Shown one piece after another: positions 9,683 through 20,621 of a DNA stretch of 64,000 nt. Source of the DNA: an uncultured bacterium (GTDB taxonomy: Bacteria > Patescibacteriota > Minisyncoccia > SW-4-49-11); contig CALMJI010000014.1 of the NCBI GenBank assembly GCA_937864235.1, positions 5,769 through 69,768 of the forward strand. Reading direction: 5' to 3'. Made by a program: the position numbers and the translations under genes. Under the pieces are notes generated by a model. It searched no databases. It saw nothing but the letters and a program-made list of their open reading frames with translations, and was not told the origin of the DNA. Each line of letters opens with the position of its first letter. Position 1 is the stretch's first letter.

Positions 9683-11443
9683 CTAACTCTCCCCGTCTTT
9701 GGTTTTGATAAGATTTAGGGCATGTTGGAAGTCTTCGGCTGGGGTAAGTATTCCTTGATTAATAAAGAATATCTGGTCGGCTTTTTTGATAGTATTAAGC
9801 CTATGAGCGATTATGACTTTGGTGGTGGTATCTGGTAATTGATTGATTATATCTTGTAGATTTTGCTCGGTGACCGTATCTATATTGGCGGTAGCTTCGT
9901 CTAAAATCAATAATTGTGGGCGCCTTAGTAAAACTCTAATAAAAGAAATAATTTGTTTTTGACCTATACTGATAGCGTTATTTTCTATATTAGTGGCTAC
10001 TCCATATTCAAAATCAGATATTAAATCTAATAGATTATTGTCTTTGAGTATTTCGATTAGTTCAGCATTACTTTTATTAGCTAAATCTGGATTTCCATAT
10101 CTAATATTATCACCTATAGTACCTGAGAATAGGAATGGCTCCTGTAAAATAAAACCTATGGCTTTGGTTCTATCCTCTGCAGTATGAGTCCTGATATCTT
10201 TATTATATAATTTAACTAGACCTTTTTGTGGATCATAAAGACGTGCCATCAGGGAAGCAGTGGTACTTTTACCTCCTCCGGTTGGTCCAACTAGGGCATA
10301 AGTTTTTCCTTGTTCTAGATTGAAATTCATATTTTTGAGAATTTGTTTTTCATCATATCCAAAACTAACATTTTCAAATTCTAAAATATGTTTAGTTTTT
10401 CTCTTTTTTAAGCCTGATTTATCTTCTTCTAAAATTAAATTAGATTCTAAGCTAATAATTTCCTGAACTCTAGTCCAGGCGGCTAGAGCTCCCTGTAGAC
10501 TGCCTACTATGGAACCTAAAATTCTCAATGGCTCAAAGAATTTTTGAGCATAAGCTAAGAACCCTATCAATAAACCAATTGTAATACTACCTGATAAGAT
10601 AAAACTAACTCCTATTGCGAGCAGGATAATTTGTGATAAGTTAGCTACAAAGGTATATAATGGAGCTATACTGTCATTGAGAATATTGGTTTGAATTTTT
10701 GAGCTATATACAGCTTGGCTAATCTTATTGAAATTATTTTGATAATAATCTTGAATCTGAAAAGCTACTATGGCATTAAAATTAAGTAAGCCCTCTTGTA
10801 CTTCTGAAGATAATGCTCCCTGATTTTCTAAACCAACTTTATTGACTCCTTCTATAAATGGAGTAGCAATTCTAGTAATAATCAAAATTATAGCTGTTAA
10901 AATAAAGACTATACTTGCTAATTGCCAATTTAGATAAAGCATCATAGCAGCTATTCCTATTAAAGAAAAGAAAAGTGAGGTAAATCTCAAGACTCCCTCT
11001 GATAAAAATTGATTGATTTTATTGGTGTCATTGTTAATTCTAGAAATTAAATCACCTGCTTTATTACGGTTAAAGAAGTCTATTGGTAAACTCTGTAGAG
11101 AAGAAAAGACTTTGGCTCTTAGTCTAAACAAAACTCTTTGTGAAACATAGCCCATAATTCTAGCTTGGCCATAAGCTGCAATAGCTGAGATAATATACAA
11201 TATTACTAATCCTAGAGACATTATGGCTAAAGTTTGTATATCTTTATTGGCAATAGGACCATCTATGGCTCTAGTAATGATATATGGGGTTATAACTCCT
11301 GTTCCAATATTTATAAGTACAGTGATTATAATAATAATTAAATTCCTAGTCTCTCCTACAAAAAGCGGTAAAATTGTAGCCAAAGACTCCTCAAAAGAGG
11401 GTGGTTGATTGTGATTTTGTGATAATTTATAGGGGTTTTTCAT
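9683..11443 (-). CDS. ABC exporter subunit (TMD+NBD), heterodimer partner
   Basis: GPTGGGKST, ISIGQKQ, LILDEAT, IAHRL; likely start is ATG 11443. Confidence 0.92.
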   Translation of the reverse strand: MKNPYKLSQNHNQPPSFEESLATILPLFVGETRNLIIIIITVLINIGTGVITPYIITRAIDGPIANKDIQTLAIMSLGLVILYIISAIAAYGQARIMGYVSQRVLFRLRAKVFSSLQSLPIDFFNRNKAGDLISRINNDTNKINQFLSEGVLRFTSLFFSLIGIAAMMLYLNWQLASIVFILTAIILIITRIATPFIEGVNKVGLENQGALSSEVQEGLLNFNAIVAFQIQDYYQNNFNKISQAVYSSKIQTNILNDSIAPLYTFVANLSQIILLAIGVSFILSGSITIGLLIGFLAYAQKFFEPLRILGSIVGSLQGALAAWTRVQEIISLESNLILEEDKSGLKKRKTKHILEFENVSFGYDEKQILKNMNFNLEQGKTYALVGPTGGGKSTTASLMARLYDPQKGLVKLYNKDIRTHTAEDRTKAIGFILQEPFLFSGTIGDNIRYGNPDLANKSNAELIEILKDNNLLDLISDFEYGVATNIENNAISIGQKQIISFIRVLLRRPQLLILDEATANIDTVTEQNLQDIINQLPDTTTKVIIAHRLNTIKKADQIFFINQGILTPAEDFQHALNLIKTKDGES

Positions 11444-11444
11444 A

Positions 11445-13172
11445 CTAGGTGGTTTGTTGACTTTGCCATATTTGAGCATATTCAATAGAGCTATGTAAAA
11501 GCTTTTTATGTTTCCCGGTGGCTAATAACTCTCCTTCCATAATTACTATGATTTGATCATAATCTTGGATTGGTTCAATTTTTTGAGTAATTGAGATTAA
11601 AGTTAAATCCGGATAATTCTGTGCTAATGATGATATTATTTCTTTTTCAGTTCTAATATCTACTCTGGCTGTAAAATCATCTAGGAGCAATATATTTGGG
11701 TTCCTAACTAGGGCGCGAGCTAACATTATTCTTTGTTTTTGCCCTCCTGATAGATTGGTCCCTCTTTCACTTATTTTAGTTTCTATACCTTCTGGTAAAG
11801 ATTGGATTATTTCTGTCACATTGGAGGTTTTGAGTGCTTTTGTATAATATTCTTCTGAGACTTCATTATTAAAGACTATATTCTCTCTAAGAGAGGTATT
11901 AAACAAAATACTTTCTTGAAATACAAGCCCCATATTTTTAAAAATATAGTCTGGATCCCATTGGCTAAGAGGGATATCGTCGATTAAAATTTGTCCTGAA
12001 GTGGGTTGAATTAAGCCTGTAATTAGTGACAGGATAAGGCTTTTACCAGAACCAGTTGGGCCTATAATAGCATTTTTACTCTGTGGGTTAATACTAAAGG
12101 ATATGTCTTTTAATAAAGTTTTACCCTTAATTTCATAAGAGACTTGCTCAAAGGTAATTTTGCCTTTGACTGGATTTCTGATTAGATTTTTTTTAGCTTT
12201 CTTTTGTATTTCTGGTGAATTTAGAACTGTTTGTATTCTGGATAAAGAGACAAGTCCTCTGGAGATAAAATTACTTACAAAACCAAGAATAAAAATTGGG
12301 GTAATCAACAGATTAAAATAAGAGATAAAAGCACTAAATTCTCCTAAAGTTAAATCTTCTACCATAACTTGTCTTCCTCCAAACCAGATAATAGTGACAA
12401 TTGCAAAGTTAGAGACTAGATTGATAGTCGGGATAAGGCTTGCAAAAACATTTATAATTTGAAGTCCTACATCTCTTCCTTCTTTATTTACATTATCAAA
12501 TTTTATATTCTCATAATTTTGGGAATTCAGTACTCTGATTAGCATAGATCCCATTACACTCTCATTAATAACTTTATTGATTTTAGATAATATTTCTTGA
12601 GAAGAGCGGAATAATTTGAATATATTCTTAAAAATAAAAGCAAAAACTGCTATTATAATTGGTAAAGAAATAATAGCAATCAAAGCTAATCTGACATTGA
12701 TGGTAAACAACAAGACTACACTACCAATTAAAATTATTAAGGCGGAGAATATACTAGCAAAACCCTGCGATATTATATCCTTAACCTGTTCTACATCTGA
12801 TGTAATATTGGTAAATAATTCAGAAGAATCTTTCTCTTCAATAAAACTAATTGGTTGGGCTAGAATTTTTTTAATTAAAGAATCTCTCAAATCCTTGGCT
12901 ACTCTCTCGGCTATATAGACACTAATTACTGTCTGTACTAAACTTATTAAAACTACAGAGATTGCAATTATAGACAATAGCCATATATCTGGAGATAATT
13001 TGTATAAATCTCTATTTTGGCTAAAGTTGTCTATGCTATCTCCTAATATTCTTGGGATAAGTAAATTAGCTCCGTTAGAGATGAAAATAAGCAAAGTTAA
13101 AAAAATTGTCCAACCTATATAGGGCTTTAAAAATCTTAAATCTATTTTTGATTTATTAGTATTTTTTGACAT
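11445..13172 (-). CDS. ABC exporter subunit (TMD+NBD) with degenerate site
   Basis: GPTGSGKS, LSGGQKQR, LLLDDFT, ITQK (degenerate Walker B/H-loop, TM287-like). Confidence 0.92.
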   Translation of the reverse strand: MSKNTNKSKIDLRFLKPYIGWTIFLTLLIFISNGANLLIPRILGDSIDNFSQNRDLYKLSPDIWLLSIIAISVVLISLVQTVISVYIAERVAKDLRDSLIKKILAQPISFIEEKDSSELFTNITSDVEQVKDIISQGFASIFSALIILIGSVVLLFTINVRLALIAIISLPIIIAVFAFIFKNIFKLFRSSQEILSKINKVINESVMGSMLIRVLNSQNYENIKFDNVNKEGRDVGLQIINVFASLIPTINLVSNFAIVTIIWFGGRQVMVEDLTLGEFSAFISYFNLLITPIFILGFVSNFISRGLVSLSRIQTVLNSPEIQKKAKKNLIRNPVKGKITFEQVSYEIKGKTLLKDISFSINPQSKNAIIGPTGSGKSLILSLITGLIQPTSGQILIDDIPLSQWDPDYIFKNMGLVFQESILFNTSLRENIVFNNEVSEEYYTKALKTSNVTEIIQSLPEGIETKISERGTNLSGGQKQRIMLARALVRNPNILLLDDFTARVDIRTEKEIISSLAQNYPDLTLISITQKIEPIQDYDQIIVIMEGELLATGKHKKLLHSSIEYAQIWQSQQTT

Positions 13173-13202
13173 ATAATATTAGAAAGCTAAATATATTGTA
13201 GC

Positions 13203-14858
13203 TTAGCTTCGGTCTATAAATTCCTCTCGGGAGCAGGGATCTGGCTTGATCAGATGTTGTGGAATCATAGCTTGTAATAATGATTCACTATTAGCTCCTA
13301 ATTTGGCTATATCATAAGCTAATTGTCTATAATTAATATGTCCTCCCGGTCTGACTCTAAGTTGTGTCATATAGCTAATTTCCTTAGGGGAAGCATGGAA
13401 AAATGAAGTAAAAATATGAGCAAATGGGAGTAGTTGAGTATAAATATATTGAGGGAACCAATCATATTGTGAACTTAAATCTACAAATTCTTGTAATTTG
13501 GTATAGTATTGTTGCAAATCCTGCTCAAATTCTTGTCTAATCTCTTTGAGAGCTGGGTTTTTGGTCAAATATAACGGTAAAGTATACCCTGTATAGAGAC
13601 TTGCTTTATAATTACTAGTGTTCAAAATTGGAATGTATCTACCCCAAGCTCGATGCCGATTCAAGTCTCTTAATTCAGAGTTAGAGCAAGTGAGTACAAA
13701 ACTATGGGTATTGACTCGAAATAAATTACCCATTTGTTTGTGATGATTGAAGTCTTTGAACAAAATTTTAGAAATATATGCCTTTTGTTCTATATTCAAA
13801 TTATCTATGAATTGTAAAATTGAATGAATATTGGCATTGGGATATATAGTTATAATATGTTGTAATAAAATTATAGTTCCCGCACTTAAACTCATATCTA
13901 ATAAGTCTGCTTTGAGTTTATGGCAAGTAATAGTATTTGCAAACTCTAAAGATTGGGTGATTTTTAGATGTTCTTCTAGATACTGCTGTAGTATATTCAA
14001 GTTTTGATTGGTAATAGTATCTGCCTCAGTATGCCTGATTAAATCTGGAGCTTCTGGAGTGTATTTTAGCTCTTGAGCTACACTTTCTTCTGGGGCAAAA
14101 AGTACTTCTAATTGCTCAGCAAGACAGACTAAATTATATTCATTGGAAGCCTTGAAAACTGAGATCAATCTAGCCCATTCTCTGGCTGAGGTTATATAGG
14201 CTAATGAAGTCTTATTCATCAGACCAGAGGGTAAAAAGTATCTAGTAGAGTCAAAAACTCTGGCTGTCAGAGCTCCTGCTTCTGACTTATTATTTTCATC
14301 TATGTTATATACTCTTGTGTATTCTGAGGTTAATTTGTCTTGGTAGTATTTATACTTTTCTAGAGAATATTGCTGTAAATCTAATAATTTCTGGTTAATT
14401 GTATCAAAGTTTTCTGAAGTTGTATCTACTCCTAGGCTATCAAGTCCCAGAGGCTTACTACTGCCAAAATCCTGATACCTAGTAGATCTTTGTTGCCCTC
14501 CTCCGACACTACTTTCATTAAAAAATATAGTAGAATAATGGTCTGGAATTTGCTCTATATAGGCAAAAAGTTGTGCCATATCTGCTACTGAGGAGTGGCC
14601 ATAATTACGAAAAATATTGGCTAGCTTTTCATTAGCATTACTGCCTGCTTTTCTAATTTCTTGGAATAACTCCTCTGCTGATAGGGCTGACCTTGAAAAT
14701 CTAGCCCCTGCAAAAGCCATAATAGATGCAGTTTGTTTGCCTGAATTTGGCAAAGCGGTTCTGACTGTATAGCCGGTACGAGAATCAGTAACCGAGACTA
14801 TAACTAAATCTGTTTTATCCTTGTCCGAGATACTAAATTTAAAGTTTGATTTATTCAT
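13203..14858 (-). CDS. thyX: Flavin-dependent thymidylate synthase, double-domain type
   Basis: YGHSSVAD, QRSTRY, FDSTRYFLP, RDLNRHR, LRVRPGGH; adjacent to dcd. Confidence 0.85.
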   Translation of the reverse strand: MNKSNFKFSISDKDKTDLVIVSVTDSRTGYTVRTALPNSGKQTASIMAFAGARFSRSALSAEELFQEIRKAGSNANEKLANIFRNYGHSSVADMAQLFAYIEQIPDHYSTIFFNESSVGGGQQRSTRYQDFGSSKPLGLDSLGVDTTSENFDTINQKLLDLQQYSLEKYKYYQDKLTSEYTRVYNIDENNKSEAGALTARVFDSTRYFLPSGLMNKTSLAYITSAREWARLISVFKASNEYNLVCLAEQLEVLFAPEESVAQELKYTPEAPDLIRHTEADTITNQNLNILQQYLEEHLKITQSLEFANTITCHKLKADLLDMSLSAGTIILLQHIITIYPNANIHSILQFIDNLNIEQKAYISKILFKDFNHHKQMGNLFRVNTHSFVLTCSNSELRDLNRHRAWGRYIPILNTSNYKASLYTGYTLPLYLTKNPALKEIRQEFEQDLQQYYTKLQEFVDLSSQYDWFPQYIYTQLLPFAHIFTSFFHASPKEISYMTQLRVRPGGHINYRQLAYDIAKLGANSESLLQAMIPQHLIKPDPCSREEFIDRS

Positions 14859-14865
14859 AATATTT

Positions 14866-15444
14866 TTAATCTTTTATTTTCTCAAAATTTTTATGCATAT
14901 CACTAGCTTGCACTCCTCTGGAATCATAATATTTACTACCAAGAGATGATGTTCCGTAAGGTTTTTGAGCTGGGGTTTTGAGTTCATAAAACGCAATTTG
15001 AGCAATTTTCATCTCTGGATACAGCCTAATTGGGACGGTATTGGTATTTACAAATTCCAAAGTAGCATTAAGCTTATTGCCTGGATCAATAAATCCTGCC
15101 GTAGTATGCACGATTAAACCATACCTGGCTAGCGAACTTTTGCCCATAATTTGACAGGCATACTTTTCATTACAACCAAAATAATCTTTGGTTACTCCTA
15201 ATATAAATTGCCCTGGATGAATTACAAAATACTCATCTGGACTAGATAATACAACTTTTTCCATAAAGTTATGTATTGGTTTTTTGGGATCTATACATTC
15301 AAATTTATGATTATTGAATATCATAAACTCATATCCCAAAAGCACATCATAGCTAGCTGGTTGTAATCTATTCTCATCAAAATCATTAATTATAATATCT
15401 CCTACTTCTAGTGCTTGCTTTATATCTATATCTGATAATTGCAT
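14866..15444 (-). CDS. dcd: dCTP deaminase
   Basis: LQPASYD, GKSSLARYGL.VH.TAGFIDPG, TLE, IAQI. Confidence 0.95.
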   Translation of the reverse strand: MQLSDIDIKQALEVGDIIINDFDENRLQPASYDVLLGYEFMIFNNHKFECIDPKKPIHNFMEKVVLSSPDEYFVIHPGQFILGVTKDYFGCNEKYACQIMGKSSLARYGLIVHTTAGFIDPGNKLNATLEFVNTNTVPIRLYPEMKIAQIAFYELKTPAQKPYGTSSLGSKYYDSRGVQASDMHKNFEKIKD

Positions 15445-15456
15445 ATCTCTTTTGAC

Positions 15457-16386
15457 CTAAACTTTAAGATATCTATTAATTGCAATAAGACTACTTCCAA
15501 CTCCTAGAATAATACCAACGACTAATTGTATACCAATAATTAGGAAGGATTTATTCAATACATATTCACTTGGTGATTGAGCTCCTGAGATAAAACTAGT
15601 AATAGTCTGTGAAATCAATAATACCACCACGAATAATATCAAAAAGCTAATAAATGTTCCAAAAACTCCGAACAAAACTCCTTCTACAAAAAACGGGCCT
15701 TTAATTTGTGAATCACTAGCTCCCACTAGTCTCATAATTTCAATTTCTTGGCGATAAGAGTATAATGTCAAACGAATAGTATTATAGGTAATAAGCACAG
15801 CAATAGTAGCTAATACCACAATCACACTAATCCCCACATTGCGAGTAACCCTAATAACATTATTTAATCTATCAATAATTTCTTTAGAGGTGCTTTTTTG
15901 GTAATCTGTTTCTTGAATAGTCGATTCTTTATACTCTGAGGCTAATAAAGTATCATTAATGCTTTGATAAAAATCACTACTTTCAGCTTTAATGGTCAAG
16001 GTTACAGGAAGCGGATTTTCATCTAGAACTTGTAGGGATTGTATAATGGAAGGATTATCCTTATAGGTTTCTTTAAACTTTTCTAAAGCCATTTCTTTGG
16101 TAATCAAATTTGTCTCTCTAACTCCCTCTATTGATTTTACATAGCTTATAAAATCATTAACTTGTGATTCCTCAAGGCCTTCTTTCAAATATACACTGAT
16201 ATCAACTCTGTCCTGTATCCCACTCAAAGCATCACTACTAATCTGATTAATTACCATAAAAAATCCAAGCCCAAACAAAGTCAAGACCATTATACTGGTA
16301 GTAGCAATAGATAAGAAAATATTGCGTCCAAAGTTTTGAAATCCGTATTTTATACTGCGAATAATAGTAGAGAAGAATAAGTCCAT
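15457..16386 (-). CDS. ftsX: Cell division permease FtsX
   Basis: NPLP, NTIRL..YS.RQEIEIMRLVGAS...IKGPF..EG. Confidence 0.93.
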   Translation of the reverse strand: MDLFFSTIIRSIKYGFQNFGRNIFLSIATTSIMVLTLFGLGFFMVINQISSDALSGIQDRVDISVYLKEGLEESQVNDFISYVKSIEGVRETNLITKEMALEKFKETYKDNPSIIQSLQVLDENPLPVTLTIKAESSDFYQSINDTLLASEYKESTIQETDYQKSTSKEIIDRLNNVIRVTRNVGISVIVVLATIAVLITYNTIRLTLYSYRQEIEIMRLVGASDSQIKGPFFVEGVLFGVFGTFISFLILFVVVLLISQTITSFISGAQSPSEYVLNKSFLIIGIQLVVGIILGVGSSLIAINRYLKV

Positions 16387-16403
16387 ATAATTAATGTTTA
16401 TCT

Positions 16404-17090
16404 TTATATAATATATTTACCATCAAGACTATCTCGAATAATCTTACCTTTATCAAGGCTAATAACTCTTTTATTAATACTATTTACAACCTCTTTGTTA
16501 TGTGTAGCAAAGATAATAGTAGTTTTGAGCTGTTCATTGATTTTAAGTAATAAATTTACAATATCCCAACTATTAAATACATCTAAGTTACCAGTTGGCT
16601 CATCAGCTAATAATACTTTTGGCTCATTGATTAAGGCTCGGGCAATAGCTATTCTTTGCCTTTCTCCTCCAGACATTTGACTAGGAAATTTATTGGCCTT
16701 CGCCCCCATACCAACAATATTCAAGAATCTAGGAACTTTTCTACTAATTTCTAAATTATCCTTCCCTAATATCTCCATAGCAAAAGCAATATTTTCAAAG
16801 GCTGTTTTACTTGGTAAAAGTTTAAAATCTTGAAATATAATACCTAAAGACTGTCTATGTCTTGGCATATCTCCATACCTTAGATCATTAACTCTGGTTT
16901 TACCCAAGAAAACTTCTCCCTTATCTGGCTTTTGCTCTCCTGTAATTAATTTCATCAAAGTAGACTTTCCAGCCCCGCTCTGCCCTACCAGAACTACAAA
17001 TTCACCATCTTCAATCTTTAAGTTTATATTTTCTATAGCAAAAGATTCCTCTTCGCCGTATTTTTTGGTTACATTTTTAAATAAAATCAT
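16404..17090 (-). CDS. ftsE: Cell division ATPase FtsE
   Basis: GQSGAGKST, FQDFKLL, SGGERQR, ADEPTGNLD; upstream of ftsX. Confidence 0.93.
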   Translation of the reverse strand: MILFKNVTKKYGEEESFAIENINLKIEDGEFVVLVGQSGAGKSTLMKLITGEQKPDKGEVFLGKTRVNDLRYGDMPRHRQSLGIIFQDFKLLPSKTAFENIAFAMEILGKDNLEISRKVPRFLNIVGMGAKANKFPSQMSGGERQRIAIARALINEPKVLLADEPTGNLDVFNSWDIVNLLLKINEQLKTTIIFATHNKEVVNSINKRVISLDKGKIIRDSLDGKYII

Positions 17091-17098
17091 ATTTCTAA

Positions 17099-18181
17099 TT
17101 AATGTTTATCTTTTTTGATAAGTACTGAGGTGATAATTTCATCCAAATCACCAGACAAAATCTTATCTACATCAGTTGTCTCAAAACCACTTCGCTGGTC
17201 TTTTACCAATTTATATGGATTCATTACATAAGATCGAATATGATTACCCCATGAAATAGAGACATCCTCCGTATGAGATTGCAGCTCCTGTTTATGCTCG
17301 GATTGCCTCAACTCCCATAGCTTTGATTTCAAGATATTCATAGCCAATGCTTTATTCTGCAACTGCGACCTCTCGGTCTGAATAGCCACCACAATACCAG
17401 TCGGAATATGAGTGATTCTGACCGCTGAGTCAGTGGTATTAACACTTTGTCCCCCAGCACCCTGAGAGCGATAGACATCCACCTTGATATCATTAGGATT
17501 AACAACAATATCACTAGAGCTAATTTCATCTATTTCGGGCAAAACCTGCACCATCACGAAGGAGGTATGCCTTAGTCCAGCTGCATTAAATGGAGAAACT
17601 CTCACTAATCTATGCACTCCTCGCTCTTGGCGAAAAATCCCATAAGCATATTGACCTTTGATCTGTAATAAGGATCTTTTTATACCAGCCTCTTGGCCTT
17701 GTATATATTCTATCACATCTATTTCAAAATTTCGAGACTTTCCGTAGGCAATATACATTTTAGTGATTATTTCAGCGAAATCTTGAGCATCTACTCCACC
17801 AGCTCCGGCCTGTATAAACACAAGAGCATTACCCTCATCGTATTTCTCATCAAAGAACATCTCCTGCCAATAGGTATTAATTTGTTTTTCTAAATTTTTT
17901 AATTCTGACTCAAAATCAGTATCTGGCTCTAAAATTAACTGCTCCGTAAATTCAATACTCTCAGGAATGTTCTCCAAATCCTGTAGTTTTTTTTGAGTAT
18001 GAGAGAGTTTTTTTAAGATAATTTGAGCCTGCTCTGGGTTATCCCAAAGACTTGGATTTTCCGACTCTTTGACATATAAATTTAAGTCTTGTTTTAGCTT
18101 ATCAAAGTCAATACCAAGCTCAATTTGTTGCCATTTCTCTTTTATTTCACTTAAAATGTGCTGAGCTTGATCGAGGGTCAT
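17099..18181 (-). CDS. prfB: Peptide chain release factor 2
   Basis: SPF motif and GAGGQ; continuous frame without the programmed frameshift. Confidence 0.95.
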   Translation of the reverse strand: MTLDQAQHILSEIKEKWQQIELGIDFDKLKQDLNLYVKESENPSLWDNPEQAQIILKKLSHTQKKLQDLENIPESIEFTEQLILEPDTDFESELKNLEKQINTYWQEMFFDEKYDEGNALVFIQAGAGGVDAQDFAEIITKMYIAYGKSRNFEIDVIEYIQGQEAGIKRSLLQIKGQYAYGIFRQERGVHRLVRVSPFNAAGLRHTSFVMVQVLPEIDEISSSDIVVNPNDIKVDVYRSQGAGGQSVNTTDSAVRITHIPTGIVVAIQTERSQLQNKALAMNILKSKLWELRQSEHKQELQSHTEDVSISWGNHIRSYVMNPYKLVKDQRSGFETTDVDKILSGDLDEIITSVLIKKDKH

Positions 18182-18204
18182 TATTTTAGATTACGAATCA
18201 CTTC

Positions 18205-18423
18205 TCATACATGTCTTACAGCCCTATTGGCAGTGGCGGAGTCGTGAGAATATAGATTTTGCTCTATTTGTCTTCCGTATCGCATAGTACTCGCCTTGGT
18301 GACCATCTTATATTCAGATCCATAGACGCTAGTCACAGCGTGGTGAACAGCATCAGCCTCTCTACTTCCTCTTACAAATCCTCCAGCTTCACAAATTTGT
18401 TTAATAACATCTTTTACCACCAT
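18205..18423 (-). CDS. Small hypothetical protein
   Basis: 72 aa, co-oriented and tightly spaced with neighbours. Confidence 0.55.
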   Translation of the reverse strand: MVVKDVIKQICEAGGFVRGSREADAVHHAVTSVYGSEYKMVTKASTMRYGRQIEQNLYSHDSATANRAVRHV

Positions 18424-18433
18424 ATAATTATAT

Positions 18434-18709
18434 TTAATCTAACTCTCTTTCTATAGCTTTAGATAAGACTTCTATATCTTGCTCAGTTAGAATGTCTTTT
18501 TTATTAGATAATAGATTGTCTTTAATCTCTTGCCATTCTTCAATAGTAGCTAATTCTCTAGCATCCCCATAATTATCAAAAGCATCATCAAAAATAACTT
18601 TTATATACTCTTTCTTTTGCTCATTAGTAGCTCCAGAAGTGAACATTCCTGGTCCTTTAAAATAAAGTCTCTTTAATATGATATCAAATCTTGATTTGGA
18701 TATAGTCAT
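18434..18709 (-). CDS. Small hypothetical protein
   Basis: 91 aa, heads the run of genes leading into prfB. Confidence 0.65.
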   Translation of the reverse strand: MTISKSRFDIILKRLYFKGPGMFTSGATNEQKKEYIKVIFDDAFDNYGDARELATIEEWQEIKDNLLSNKKDILTEQDIEVLSKAIERELD

Positions 18710-18793
18710 AAATTTATAATTTATATTATATTTATTATACCATAGATTTAGGAAATTGTGAATTGTAAATTATTAATAGTGGATCTCGTGAAT

Positions 18794-19040
18794 CGCAGGG
18801 GCAACCTTGCAGTCACCTGTGTTTTTGTATTATGACCTTTTGAATTTCTGTCCTCCTTCGGAGGAGGTGGCACAGAGTGCCGGAGGTGAATTGAGCTAAA
18901 AATTAAATTCTATCCACCCTCCCCCTTACGGGTACTCCCTCCAAAGGGAGGCAAAAGCTCCGGTACAAAAATACCTCGGGCGACATAAGGTCGCATCTAC
19001 GAACACAAAACTCAATGGAGGGATAACCTCTCCACTACGA
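18794..19040. repeat. Composite palindromic repeat (REP-like pair enclosing the TGTCCTCC module)
   Basis: cgcaggggcaaccttgcagtcacc ... gggcgacataaggtcgcatctacg; inner tgtcctccttcggaggagg...ccctccaaagggaggca. Confidence 0.8.
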
Positions 19041-19045
19041 CTCTC

Positions 19046-20113
19046 CTACACATTAAACTTAAAGTGACAGACATCTCCATCTTGGATAATGTAAGACTTA
19101 CCTTCTTGTCTCAACTTACCGTTTTGCCTGGCCCCTACCTCGCTACCGCAATCGACAAAATCTTGATATGAGATTATATCTGCCATTATGAAGCCTCGCT
19201 CTATATCTGAATGTATAACTCCTCCAGCTTGTGGGGCTAAGGTTCCTTGTTTGACTGTCCAAGCTTTGGTCTCCTGTACTCCAGTGGTAAGAAAAGATAT
19301 TAAGTCTAATAATTTATATCCCTCTTGAATTAGGGTGTCTAGCCCACTCATTTCTCGTCCTAGCATTGTTAGATATTCGGTTTGCTCCTCTGCTTCCATC
19401 AGACAGATTTCAGATTCGATTTTGATAGATAGTGGGATTATATTAGTAAATTTATCTTGTAATTCTGGGCTAAGCTGATATGTCTCATCGGTATTAGCTA
19501 CATACATCATTGGCTTAGCGGTTAGAAAATTATAGGATTTTATAATTTCTAGCTCCTCTGGGGCTAGTTCAGCATCTCTAATTGGGGTACCAGCTTCTAT
19601 GCGTGGTAATATTTTTTGTAAAATTGGGAGAGTTTCTAAGGCTAATTTGTCTTTGGACTTAGCTTTTTTTTCTACCTGTGGTAGAGCTTTGGTGATCTGA
19701 TCTAAATCAGCTAATAGTAATTCAGTATTGATAATATCAGCATCTTCAATCGGGTTAATTCTATTCTCAACATGAGTAATATCATCATTATGAAATACTC
19801 TAATCACATGACAAATAGCATCTACTTGCCTAATATTAGCAAGAAATGCGTTTCCCAAACCTTCACCTTTGGAAGCACCTTTGACTAATCCAGCTATGTC
19901 TATGAATTCTATGGTAGTGGGGATTACTTTGGCAGATTTGGAAATTTGAGCCAGTACATCTAGTCTTTGGTCCGGTACTGGAACACCTCCAACATTAGGC
20001 TCAATAGTACAAAAGGGGTAATTCTCCGCTGATACTTGCTTTTTGGTAAGAATTTGAAATAGAGTAGATTTACCAACATTAGGTAGACCAACAATACCAA
20101 TGGATAAGGACAT
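19046..20113 (-). CDS. ychF: Ribosome-binding ATPase YchF
   Basis: GIVGLPNVGKSTLF, NYPFCTIEPN, DIAGLVKGASKGEGLGN. Confidence 0.97.
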   Translation of the reverse strand: MSLSIGIVGLPNVGKSTLFQILTKKQVSAENYPFCTIEPNVGGVPVPDQRLDVLAQISKSAKVIPTTIEFIDIAGLVKGASKGEGLGNAFLANIRQVDAICHVIRVFHNDDITHVENRINPIEDADIINTELLLADLDQITKALPQVEKKAKSKDKLALETLPILQKILPRIEAGTPIRDAELAPEELEIIKSYNFLTAKPMMYVANTDETYQLSPELQDKFTNIIPLSIKIESEICLMEAEEQTEYLTMLGREMSGLDTLIQEGYKLLDLISFLTTGVQETKAWTVKQGTLAPQAGGVIHSDIERGFIMADIISYQDFVDCGSEVGARQNGKLRQEGKSYIIQDGDVCHFKFNV

Positions 20114-20224
20114 ATTCTGATCACTTATATAATATTTGCTAGTATTATACTATAAAATTACTGATTCGGCTAGATTGGGGAGGGTGGATGTATTTTTGTA
20201 ATTTAAGATTTTGCTCTGTAATTT

Positions 20225-20447
20225 AATAGGGGCGACTTTTCAGTCGCCCCTATTGTCCTCCTCCGTCACCTACGGTGACACCTCCCCCAAGGGAGGGAAA
20301 AAACTGTCCCTCGCCGGCGAGGGGGGACCGCGTAGAGGTGGGTGTGGACAGTCGACTTACAGGTCGCCCCTACGAATACATAAAACAATGGAGGGATAAA
20401 CCCCATCACAAATAAAGTATGTGATGACCTCAAACCCTCCGCTACGA
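20225..20447. repeat. Composite palindromic repeat
   Basis: aataggggcgac-ttttca-gtcgcccctatt hairpin; tgtcctcctccgtcacctacggtgac; tgtccctcgccggcgaggg; ggtcgcccctacg; tggagggataaa. Confidence 0.85.
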
Positions 20448-20499
20448 TATTTCATAATTTACCATTCATAATTTATAATTGATGATTTTATACATACCC

Positions 20500-20528
20500 T
20501 TGCTAAAAGCTTTATTTTATGCTATAAT
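20500..20528 (+). promoter_or_regulatory. sigma70 promoter of the rpsF operon
   Basis: TTGCTA-17-TATAAT with TG extended -10. Confidence 0.65.
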
Positions 20529-20621
20529 GTATTTAATCTTTCGCCAGTTCTTTATTGATTACTTCACCTAAATCTGAGTATCTACAGATTTAATGCCCAT
20601 TTATTATTATTGTACAGAATA

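Noticed and set aside
18095..18125. prfB programmed +1 frameshift
   Set aside because: The frame is continuous from ATG 18181; the nearby CTTTGA is not in the shifting frame. Loss of the frameshift is common.
20211..20399. 62-aa ORF, and the N-terminal extension of ORF 61867-62349
   Set aside because: Translations of palindromic repeat DNA.
20540..20620. S6:S18 ribosomal leader RNA
   Set aside because: A hairpin (taaatctg/cagattta) is present, but I cannot confirm the conserved motif by eye.
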